Shown here: one piece after another, positions 1 to 7,852 of the stretch
Layout of the letters: each line of letters begins with the position of its first letter
How positions within the stretch are numbered: the stretch's first letter is position 1
Source of the DNA: Bacillota bacterium
Lineage (GTDB): Bacteria; Bacillota_I; Bacilli_A; RFN20; CAG-826
Assembly (NCBI GenBank): GCA_003512585.1
Contig: DOQE01000071.1
Location: 1 to 24,245, forward strand
Reading direction: 5' to 3'
DNA length: 24,245 nt
The notes under the pieces: generated by a model
The model's database searches: none
What the model was told of the DNA's origin: nothing
What the model saw: only the letters and a program-made list of their open reading frames with translations
Position numbers and translations under genes: made by a program

Positions 1-2258
1 ATTTCTTTGATTTTTTCTTTTTGTTCAACCCCAAATCTTTGCTCTTCATCGACTACTAGTAAGCCTAAATCTTTGTAAACAAAATCTTTAGAAAGCAAAC
101 GGTGAGTGCCGATTACTAAATCTATTTGGCCTTTTTCGATTGCTTTTAAGTTTTGCTTTTGAATAGGTTCTGGAATAAGCCGAGAAAAAAGGGCCATCCT
201 TACTCCGAAAGAAGCAAACCTTTGCATTGCGACTTCATAATGTTGCCTAGCTAGTAATGTAGTCGGGCATAAAAGAGCGACTTGTTTACCGCTTGATATG
301 GCTTTAAATATAGCTCTAAAGGCTACTTCGGTTTTTCCAAAGCCTACATCACCACACACCAACCTATCCATTATTTCAGGACTTTCCATGTCTTTCTTTA
401 TGGCGTCGACAGCCTTTTGCTGATCTTCTGTTAGCTTATAAGGGAATTCGTCTTCGAATTGTTTTTGTAGTTCATCATCTTTAGGAAAAGCAAAGCCTTT
501 ATTCCTTGCTCTATTCCCATATAAATCAATTAATCTATCAGCCAATTCGTTGATTCTATTGTTTATTTTGGCTTTTCTTTTTTCCCATTCTTTTGTAGAT
601 AGCCTGCTTAATTGAGGTCTTGCACCTTCTCTTCCGGCATATTTTCTAACTAATCTAAATTGCTCCAATGGGACATATAAAAATTCATTCCCGGCATAAG
701 CAATGTGAAGAAAATCTCTATGCTTCCCTTCTACTTCTATTGTTTTTATATCTAGAAACTGGCCAATCCCGTTATATTCATGCACAACATAATCGCCCGG
801 CTTTAACTCTTCATAACTCCTTAAAATCGTTGCTTCCTTAAACCTAGAAGTAAATCTAGAAGCCACTCCTCTTTGACCAAACAATTCATTCGATGAAATA
901 TAAGCTACTTTTATTGATGGTATTTCAAATCCTTCGGATAAGTTAAATGGGGAAAAGGCTAAATTAGATTGAGGGATGTCTAAGTCTTCAACGCTTTCAA
1001 AGTCCAGCTTCCCGTCTTTTAAAAAGCTCTCAACTGTTTTTCTTTGCTGACTTTCTTTTAAACATATGATCACCTTATTTCCGGTTGATAGATAACTTTG
1101 AATAGTAGGAAGAATTGATGAAATAGATTTGCCGGTTAAAGAAATTTTATGAACAGAGAAAGAAAAATCAGAACTAGAAGAAGAAAAAAATGACCCATGT
1201 ATTAATTTAACCCCGTCCAAAGCCTTTGAAACACCTAAATATTGTTCCAAATGCGAAACACATTCGCCTTTATAGAAAAGCTCTCCAAAATATTGATGAG
1301 CCTCATCATTAAGCAAAGTGACGGATTCTTTAAATTGATTATAATTAGGAAAATAAACAAATTTAGGATCAAAATAACTTATAATCGAGGCGGCCTTTGA
1401 ATTAGCAAGGCCGTAATATTTATACATTGAAGCCCTATAATTATTTTTAGAATATCCTTCCAAAATAGAGCTAACACTCCTTTTTAAATCGTTAAATCTT
1501 TCTAAAGGAAGTTCTTCTTCATCTTTGCTTAATCTCTCATTTATTCTTAACTCAAAACCAGGAAATTCTTCTTTGGGTAAGAAAAAATCAGTAGAAGGTG
1601 CAATGCATACTTCAGTCAATTCTTTTTTTGACTCTTGGCTTGCTACATCAAATAATCTAATGGATTCGATTTCATCATCGAAAAATTCAATCCTAATCGG
1701 ATCAAGATAAGAAACAGAATATATATCTAAAATATCTCCTCTTGATGCAAATTGAAGTGAATGCTCCACTTTATCATTAATAGAATACCCGTTTTCAATC
1801 AACTTCTTTTTAAGCGTAGAGGGATCTATTACGTCGCCCTTTTTTAAAAAAATTAATTGTTTCTTAAATTGCTCTTTACTAGGCAAAAAACGAAGCAAAG
1901 CACTTGGATGGGTAACTAATATTTTCTTTTTGCCATCAAGCAAGCGAAACATTGCATAAAGACGTTGAGCCTCTAATTCCAAGCTAGAAGAAAGAGTTTC
2001 AGCCCTAAGCAATTCATCCGAAGGAAAAAATACCACATTTTCTTCGCCTAAAAAGTTAAGGAGAAACTCGTATAACCTTTGACAAGAATATTGGTTTGGC
2101 GAAACCAAAACATAATTGTCTTCTTTTTCCTTAAACAAAGTCAAAATAGCCAAGGCAGGGCCAAGAGTATCATCGCTTACAAAATTAGATGAATATTCAC
2201 CCAAATTTTGAATAAACGGAATGTTTTTTAATAAAGAAAAAAGAGTATTATTTTTCAT
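1..2258 (-). CDS. mfd: Transcription-repair coupling factor Mfd (partial; C-terminus runs off the left edge)
   Basis: Not in ORF track. Manual minus-strand translation of the ends and motif-bearing segments: ATG at 2258 (MKNNTLFSLL), UvrB-like segment FASRGDILDI...RIEFFDDEIESIR, CarD-like VVHEYNGIGQF, MDRLVCGDVGFGKTEVA, and LVVDEEQRFGV at the edge in the same frame. Start abuts the pth stop codon. Confidence 0.96.
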   Translation of the reverse strand, partial: MKNNTLFSLLKNIPFIQNLGEYSSNFVSDDTLGPALAILTLFKEKEDNYVLVSPNQYSCQRLYEFLLNFLGEENVVFFPSDELLRAETLSSSLELEAQRLYAMFRLLDGKKKILVTHPSALLRFLPSKEQFKKQLIFLKKGDVIDPSTLKKKLIENGYSINDKVEHSLQFASRGDILDIYSVSYLDPIRIEFFDDEIESIRLFDVASQESKKELTEVCIAPSTDFFLPKEEFPGFELRINERLSKDEEELPLERFNDLKRSVSSILEGYSKNNYRASMYKYYGLANSKAASIISYFDPKFVYFPNYNQFKESVTLLNDEAHQYFGELFYKGECVSHLEQYLGVSKALDGVKLIHGSFFSSSSSDFSFSVHKISLTGKSISSILPTIQSYLSTGNKVIICLKESQQRKTVESFLKDGKLDFESVEDLDIPQSNLAFSPFNLSEGFEIPSIKVAYISSNELFGQRGVASRFTSRFKEATILRSYEELKPGDYVVHEYNGIGQFLDIKTIEVEGKHRDFLHIAYAGNEFLYVPLEQFRLVRKYAGREGARPQLSRLSTKEWEKRKAKINNRINELADRLIDLYGNRARNKGFAFPKDDELQKQFEDEFPYKLTEDQQKAVDAIKKDMESPEIMDRLVCGDVGFGKTEVAFRAIFKAISSGKQVALLCPTTLLARQHYEVAMQRFASFGVRMALFSRLIPEPIQKQNLKAIEKGQIDLVIGTHRLLSKDFVYKDLGLLVVDEEQRFGVEQKEKIKE

Positions 2259-2816
2259 TTAGTTATAATGATTCATTGCATAATTAAAATCATGCAAAAG
2301 ACAATCTTTCAACGCAAAAGTCGCTTTTTTAATTGCTTCTTCTATTTTTGTTTTGCTTTCGCCAGTAGGCTTAGATAAAACATAATCTATGGAACCGTGA
2401 ATTGGCTCGCCTATGCCGATTCTAATTCTTTTAAACTTATCGCTAGACAAACAATCGATTATATTTTGCATTCCTTTATGCGATCCGCTAGACCCGGATG
2501 GCCTTAACCTAATCTTTCCTTCTTCAATAGCCATATCATCATAAACAACAATTAAATCGCTAATATCGATTTTAAAAAAAGACATTAAAGGAGAAACAAA
2601 TTCTCCCGATAGATTCATAAAAGTTTCTGGTTTAGCCAAAATAATATCTTCTTTAAAAGAAGGGTTCTTAACAATTCCGTATAGGCCATTATATTTTTTT
2701 CTATCAACGTCAGTCTTCGCCATTTCAGCAAAACTATCTATAACATCAAAACCCATGTTATGACGAGTATGCTCGTATTGCTTCCCGGGATTTCCCAAAC
2801 CAACAATTAATTTCAT
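2259..2816 (-). CDS. pth: Peptidyl-tRNA hydrolase
   Basis: MKLIVGLGNPGKQYEHTRHNMGF, KPETFMNLSG, VVYDDM, GSHKGM, RIRIGIG; canonical pth-mfd order. Confidence 0.98.
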   Translation of the reverse strand: MKLIVGLGNPGKQYEHTRHNMGFDVIDSFAEMAKTDVDRKKYNGLYGIVKNPSFKEDIILAKPETFMNLSGEFVSPLMSFFKIDISDLIVVYDDMAIEEGKIRLRPSGSSGSHKGMQNIIDCLSSDKFKRIRIGIGEPIHGSIDYVLSKPTGESKTKIEEAIKKATFALKDCLLHDFNYAMNHYN

Positions 2817-3361
2817 TTAACTACTTCGACCTCGACAACATTGGATATTTTATTCGCAACATTAATGATTTTATTTATGCCTTCTTGATCGTAATACTCA
2901 ACAGGGTGTTCCATAAATTGAGCAATCATAGAAGGGGGAACTCCGTTTTGGTTTCCATTGCCCATCATTTTTAAAGCCATCTTTAGCATGACCTTTTGGA
3001 AGAAAGGCAACTTAGACATTTCAAAAGATCCTCTAAGTTGATAATAACGAACATGATATAAATCCAATACATTTTTGTTAATTATATCTTCCCTGCCTTC
3101 TTTTGAGGGGATAGACATGCCAGAAGAAAAAATGATGACATTTTTATTTTCCATATCATCGTAATGAGATAAAAAATCATCAATACCTCTTATTTTTCCG
3201 CCCATTACCCAGCCTCCAAAAATAATGAGGTCATATTTTGAAATCTCTTTCCATTTGAATTTCTTTAATGGAACGGCCTTAGTAGAAAGGCTAGAAGCTA
3301 TATCTTCGGCATATTTTTTGGTAGAACCTACCTGAGAAACATATAAAACAATACTTTGCAT
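2813..3361 (-). CDS. Flavodoxin-domain protein (Flavodoxin_5/HemG-like); start more likely 3361 than 3370
   Basis: N-terminal FMN phosphate-binding loop LYVSQVGSTKKYAEDIA and YDLIIFGGWVMGG. ATGA overlap with the pth start. The 3370 ATG overlaps a putative -10 box. Confidence 0.8.
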   Translation of the reverse strand: MQSIVLYVSQVGSTKKYAEDIASSLSTKAVPLKKFKWKEISKYDLIIFGGWVMGGKIRGIDDFLSHYDDMENKNVIIFSSGMSIPSKEGREDIINKNVLDLYHVRYYQLRGSFEMSKLPFFQKVMLKMALKMMGNGNQNGVPPSMIAQFMEHPVEYYDQEGINKIINVANKISNVVEVEVVK

Positions 3362-3428
3362 AGCAAACATAGTACCACAGACTTGAAAAAAGTTCCCTTT
3401 CTTTATGCAGTTTTATAAAATAGTTTTT
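3362..3428. promoter_or_regulatory. Putative back-to-back sigma70-type promoters for the flavodoxin (-) and DUF368 (+) genes
   Basis: Minus strand: extended -10 TGgTACTAT (hexamer 3369-3374), 7 nt before ATG 3361. Plus strand: TAAAAT 3416-3421, 7 nt before ATG 3429. No Shine-Dalgarno at either start. Confidence 0.55.
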
Positions 3429-4370
3429 ATGAAAGTAAAAGAATTCTTTATAGATTTGGCCAAAGGCGCATCACTAGGTGCTGGATTACTTCCTGGAGTT
3501 TCGGCGGGAACAATAGGCTTAATCGTTAATATTTATGATAAATTAATAATGGGGATAAACAATTTAAAGAAAAATTTTATAAGAGCATTTTTGACATTGC
3601 TTCCAATTGGCATAGGTTGGGTTGCCTCTGGCGTTATCCTTCTTTATTTACAACATTTAGCTTGGGATTATATTCCTTTTTTAATAGTATGCATTTGTTC
3701 TGGCTTTATTATTGGAGGGCTACCAACTATTTATAAAGAATCTGGCATTGAAAAAGCAAAAGCAAAAGATACAAGCAGGTTTATCATCGGTTTCGTTTTG
3801 GCTTCTTTGATAGGAATTATGTCAGTTTTGGCTTATGTGTTTAATTGGTTTTCCTTTGAGGAAGCCTTTTTAAATCCAAATTCTAATTGGTGGGTCTATA
3901 TCGTCATTATTGTCATCGGTTTCGTTTCGGCCGCGGCTTGTATTATCCCAGGCATATCTGGCGCGATGATTTTATTTATATTTGGATTATACCAACCGGT
4001 TCTAGACATTTATTTTGGGGAAAATTCCATTATTCATAATTCTGCTAGATTATCTTCTGGGCTTTTATTAACTCTATGCTTAGTAGTCGGAGTAATTATT
4101 GGCTTTTTATTTATTTCTAAAGTGATGAAATCTTTGTTAGAAAAACATAAAAGAGGGACATATGGTTATGTTCTTGGATTTGTAGTAGGCTCAATAATCG
4201 CGATGTTTTTAAACAACCAGATTTGGCCAACCTATTTTAACGAAGCAACTTCTAAACCTTGGCAATTTGTAATCGGCTTTATCTTGCTTATCGTAGTTGC
4301 GGTAGCAACTTTGCTTTTGATAAAATTTGCTACAAGGAAAAAACAAGCTGAAAATCAAAATATTGGTTAA
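3429..4370 (+). CDS. DUF368 family membrane protein (putative undecaprenyl-phosphate translocase); start likely 3429, ORF track gives 3405
   Basis: Polytopic hydrophobic protein with the two repeat motifs LPGVSAGTIGLIVNIYDKL and IPGISGAMILFIFGLY typical of DUF368. Confidence 0.88.
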   Translation: MKVKEFFIDLAKGASLGAGLLPGVSAGTIGLIVNIYDKLIMGINNLKKNFIRAFLTLLPIGIGWVASGVILLYLQHLAWDYIPFLIVCICSGFIIGGLPTIYKESGIEKAKAKDTSRFIIGFVLASLIGIMSVLAYVFNWFSFEEAFLNPNSNWWVYIVIIVIGFVSAAACIIPGISGAMILFIFGLYQPVLDIYFGENSIIHNSARLSSGLLLTLCLVVGVIIGFLFISKVMKSLLEKHKRGTYGYVLGFVVGSIIAMFLNNQIWPTYFNEATSKPWQFVIGFILLIVVAVATLLLIKFATRKKQAENQNIG

Positions 4371-4391
4371 CGCTTAGAAAAGGGGTCAAAT

Positions 4392-5006
4392 ATGCCGCGC
4401 ACACCGGAACAAAATAGAATTGTTAAAGACAAAAGGAAAGCCAAAATAACTGACAAGGCTTTAAAATTGTTTGCCGAGGTAGGTTATAACAATATCTCGG
4501 TTGACCAAATAACAAAAGCCGTTAGATGCTCACATGGCCTTTTTTATCACTATTTTGATTCAATGGAAGATCTCTTTGTCTATCTATGGAAAGAATTCAT
4601 AAGTAATAACAACATAATGTTCCCAATAAACGAAGCTTTAAAAACAGGTGGAACAAAAGGATTAAAAACATTAACCGACCATTACTCATCAATCACAAAT
4701 AAATCTTCATTAAATTTTTACGCTTTAAAGATAGCCTTGTGCTTAAATGAGCTAGACAATATCCCTGATGAAATAAAGAAAAAAATGAAAGACGTGGACT
4801 TAAAAAGAACACTTGCAAAACTAATTGATCAATCACAAAACGAAGGAAACGCCATTGCGGGAGATGCAAATCAAATAGCTAAAGCCATATTTGAATTAAT
4901 CAAAATAGATGTTGCCAAAAACATGAACACCAAAGGTAAAAAATCCATTATTTCCGGTGATATAATTTTAGAAATGTTGATGAAAAAACCTTTATCCGAA
5001 ATATAA
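4392..5006 (+). CDS. TetR/AcrR family transcriptional regulator
   Basis: N-terminal HTH ALKLFAEVGYNNISVDQITKAVRCSHGLFYHYF; AAGGGG RBS upstream. Confidence 0.92.
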   Translation: MPRTPEQNRIVKDKRKAKITDKALKLFAEVGYNNISVDQITKAVRCSHGLFYHYFDSMEDLFVYLWKEFISNNNIMFPINEALKTGGTKGLKTLTDHYSSITNKSSLNFYALKIALCLNELDNIPDEIKKKMKDVDLKRTLAKLIDQSQNEGNAIAGDANQIAKAIFELIKIDVAKNMNTKGKKSIISGDIILEMLMKKPLSEI

Positions 5007-5036
5007 ATAAACGATACGTGTATTAAAATAATAAAG

Positions 5037-5093
5037 AAAGCAAGCCTATAAGACTAATGGCAATTAAGTCCTTTTCTGGCTTGCTTTTGTTTT
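5037..5093. terminator. Probable bidirectional intrinsic terminator between convergent genes
   Basis: Inverted repeat AAAGCAAGCC (5037-5046) / GGCTTGCTTT (5078-5087) with an imperfect inner stem (GACT-AAT / ATT-AGTC); A-rich left flank and T-rich right flank. Confidence 0.7.
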
Positions 5094-5099
5094 TAGTTT

Positions 5100-5291
5100 T
5101 TATTCATCCTTTTTAAAGGAAAAGAAAACCGCACCAAAAAGCCCTACAATCAAGGCGATTAAAGAAACGGTCAAAACTGTGTTGTAGAACATATCTGTTC
5201 CAGCTGAATATCCAATCAAGGATCCTAGCATCGCCAAGCTTGAGCAAGCCATCAATGCAATTGAGGTAATAAACAAACGTTTGAATTTCAT
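5100..5291 (-). CDS. Small hypothetical membrane protein, 63 aa, two predicted TM helices
   Basis: AAAGGAG RBS upstream of the ATG; two hydrophobic stretches with charged termini; TATAAT at 5312-5317 upstream; terminator downstream. Confidence 0.75.
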   Translation of the reverse strand: MKFKRLFITSIALMACSSLAMLGSLIGYSAGTDMFYNTVLTVSLIALIVGLFGAVFFSFKKDE

Positions 5292-5446
5292 ATTTTTGCT
5301 CCTTTGTATTTATTATATGTCAAAAGAAGAAGTGAGGTTAGTGCTTGCCTCTGTTGGCTTTCGCTTTCAAAAAGAAAGTCAAAACGATCACAAAAGGGCG
5401 ATGCTGAAACCACCGTTGCACAAAGCAGAAGAAGTTTTATTTTCAT
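5288..5446 (-). CDS. Unannotated small ORF, 52 aa (MKIKLLLLCATVVSASPFCDRFDFLFESESQQRQALTSLLLLTYNKYKGAKI), possibly frameshifted
   Basis: Perfect AAGGAGG (5454-5460) 7 nt before ATG 5446; hydrophobic N-terminus; the TGA stop overlaps the next ATG (ATGA). Confidence 0.55.
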   Translation of the reverse strand: MKIKLLLLCATVVSASPFCDRFDFLFESESQQRQALTSLLLLTYNKYKGAKI

Positions 5447-5586
5447 AAACACGCCTCCTTTTATAAATATTTTTGGGCAATTTAATTATCTAAATAAAAT
5501 AAAATATACAACATATAGAGAATTAATTTTTTCTATAAAAAAAATCATTGCTTTGAACCGAAATTAATTACTAAAATTATCTAATC

Positions 5587-6081
5587 ATGATGGGGTCGGC
5601 AAAAAAGTTAGTACTCGCCTTTGGCGAATATATAAAAAGAGAAAGAACTACAAATTTCTCAGTAGAAAAGTTATGCAAAGAAGCCGGCGTACACCCTCAA
5701 ACATTTTATTATTGTTTTGAATCCAAACAGGATTTTTTAACTTTTTCTTTAGAATTGTTCTTTTCGCATTTAATATACTCACCTAAAGAAAAAAGCATAA
5801 CGGAATTAAATAAATTTTACGATTCAATAATCAAAATGTCCGATAAGAAAAAAGATTTTGCTGAAAACATATTTTTTAATGGCCCAGACAAAGAAATTGT
5901 AAACGAATATTTTTATCGTTATTTGTCTAACTTGTTTAGCAAGTTGTCAAAAAAACTAAGCAAAGAAAACAAAGTCATTTTATTCGGAGCCGTCATAGGA
6001 GTCATGCTTTATTCATCTTATAAAGGCAACGAATTAGATAGTTATCTTTTAGCTACAAAAACCCTTGATTATCTTGAATAA
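5587..6081 (+). CDS. TetR/AcrR family transcriptional regulator (short)
   Basis: HTH-like FSVEKLCKEAGVHPQTFYYCFESKQDFL; upstream TTGCTT-18-TAAAAT (5548-5577). Confidence 0.85.
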   Translation: MMGSAKKLVLAFGEYIKRERTTNFSVEKLCKEAGVHPQTFYYCFESKQDFLTFSLELFFSHLIYSPKEKSITELNKFYDSIIKMSDKKKDFAENIFFNGPDKEIVNEYFYRYLSNLFSKLSKKLSKENKVILFGAVIGVMLYSSYKGNELDSYLLATKTLDYLE

Positions 6082-6083
6082 AT

Positions 6084-7643
6084 TTATTTTCTATTTTTAG
6101 AAGAGAAATTAAATAAATATTTATATGTCCCTTTTAATTTTTTATATAAAGTCTTATAGCAATTCTTATAGAGCTCTTCATATATCGTATTTGCTTCTTT
6201 GCTTGGCTTGAAAGTAATAGAAGGGTGAACCATAGCTTTAACTGCTTCTTCTTTATTTTCAAATTCCTTGATTGCTAGAAATCCAGTTATGGCCGCGCCT
6301 AAAGAAGAAGTTTCATTAGTTTGGACTTTAGTAACCGGTAAATTGAATATATCGGCAGTAATTTGACAAATTTCATCAGATCTAGAACCGCCGCCAGCCA
6401 TTCTGATTTCCTTAAATCCATGCTTTAAGTTTCTAGCAAAGCCCTCACTAGCTAACCTAAGTTCGTAAGTAATGCCTTCAATAATTGCCCTATAAACATG
6501 TTCTCTAGTTGTAACATCACTAAAGCCTATTATTGACCCCTTTACTTCTGGCTTATCTAAATTGGAACCCCAAAAAGGTTGGAGCAGCAACCCGTCAGAT
6601 CCAGGCGGCACATCTTTTAATTTAGCGTTATAGTCTTCTGGATAGACATCATCGATTACAATATCATTAATGTTCATTGCCCCAAATTCTTTAAGAAACC
6701 AATTAATCATCCAATAGCCGCGATATATTTGAACATCTAAATTAAAATAATTTGGAACGACCGATGGATAAGCAGGAAAGAATTTAGAAGGGGAAACAAA
6801 TTTTTTAACGCTAGTTTCAACTGAGCAAGCCGTGCCTAAAGAAATAGAGAGCATGTCATCTTCAATGACCCCTGTCCCCAATGTTTCACATGATTTATCA
6901 GAACCACCGGCATATAAAACTAGACCTTCTTTTAAGCCCGTTTCATTGGACGCATCCTTACTAATCTTCCCTAAGATTTCTTGACTGTCGACAAGTTGGC
7001 AAAGCTGATTTTTCTTCAAGGAAAATATTTGTCCTTGCATCTGGGTTTCCGGATTTTTATACCAAGTCTTTTTCTTATAATTTAATGGATAATGGCCTGT
7101 ATAATTAGAAGAAGAATCAATTAATTTTCCAGTCAATTTATAAACAAAATATGTTGATATTGCGACGTATTTATCAATTTTTGCAAAGTTTTCCGGTTCA
7201 TTTTCTTTAATCCAGTTAGCCACCGTTCTTCTTCTATTCATTTGAATAACTTCACTCATTCCTACTAGACCAAAGGCTAGCCTAGAAAGCAAAGGCAAGG
7301 GCTTTTTGCATTTTGCATATCGCTGGTCAAGCCAAAGAATCATAGGGCGTATTATATTTTTATCTTTATCAAGCAAAACGGCAGAGTCTCTAAAACAAGT
7401 CATCGTTATCCCTTTGACTCTTTCCATTAATTCCTTATTAAGAGAAAGCCGTTTTGTGCACTTGCATAAACAATCATAGTAATAATTTGGATCTTGCTCG
7501 GCATACCCAGGCTTTGGGGAATAATAGGCAGGGGAATATACTTCTTTCTCACTGCTTAATATGTTGCCGGCCTTATCAAAAAGCGAGACTCTCACCGATT
7601 GAGTTCCAAAATCAATAGTTAGAATTAGAGATGAATTTTCCAT
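6084..7643 (-). CDS. FGGY-family carbohydrate kinase (YgcE-like; substrate unknown)
   Basis: TIDFGTQSVR, GYAEQDP, ILWLDQR, GGSDKSCETLG, ISLGT, RAIIEGI, AGGGSRSD, SLGAA motifs. Confidence 0.92.
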   Translation of the reverse strand: MENSSLILTIDFGTQSVRVSLFDKAGNILSSEKEVYSPAYYSPKPGYAEQDPNYYYDCLCKCTKRLSLNKELMERVKGITMTCFRDSAVLLDKDKNIIRPMILWLDQRYAKCKKPLPLLSRLAFGLVGMSEVIQMNRRRTVANWIKENEPENFAKIDKYVAISTYFVYKLTGKLIDSSSNYTGHYPLNYKKKTWYKNPETQMQGQIFSLKKNQLCQLVDSQEILGKISKDASNETGLKEGLVLYAGGSDKSCETLGTGVIEDDMLSISLGTACSVETSVKKFVSPSKFFPAYPSVVPNYFNLDVQIYRGYWMINWFLKEFGAMNINDIVIDDVYPEDYNAKLKDVPPGSDGLLLQPFWGSNLDKPEVKGSIIGFSDVTTREHVYRAIIEGITYELRLASEGFARNLKHGFKEIRMAGGGSRSDEICQITADIFNLPVTKVQTNETSSLGAAITGFLAIKEFENKEEAVKAMVHPSITFKPSKEANTIYEELYKNCYKTLYKKLKGTYKYLFNFSSKNRK

Positions 7644-7852
7644 GTTTTCCTTTTCAATTCAAAGTTAATTATAGGGAAAATATTTCGTTTTTGATTATTT
7701 TTTTGTTTTTTAGAACGCATTAAGAACTTTTTAGTTCATTTTTCTTATTAAGAAAGATATTAAAATTCATCTTCTTGGACACCCATATAATGTGATAATA
7801 TTTAACCGCTGGGTCTGAAAACCCTTTAAATATGTGTCATTAGGAGGATACA

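Noticed and set aside
1525..1710. 61-aa + strand ORF
   Set aside because: Antisense shadow inside mfd; no RBS or recognisable motif.
5304..5567. 87-aa + strand ORF
   Set aside because: TTG start without an RBS; it runs antisense to an ORF with a perfect SD and across the AT-rich promoter spacer.
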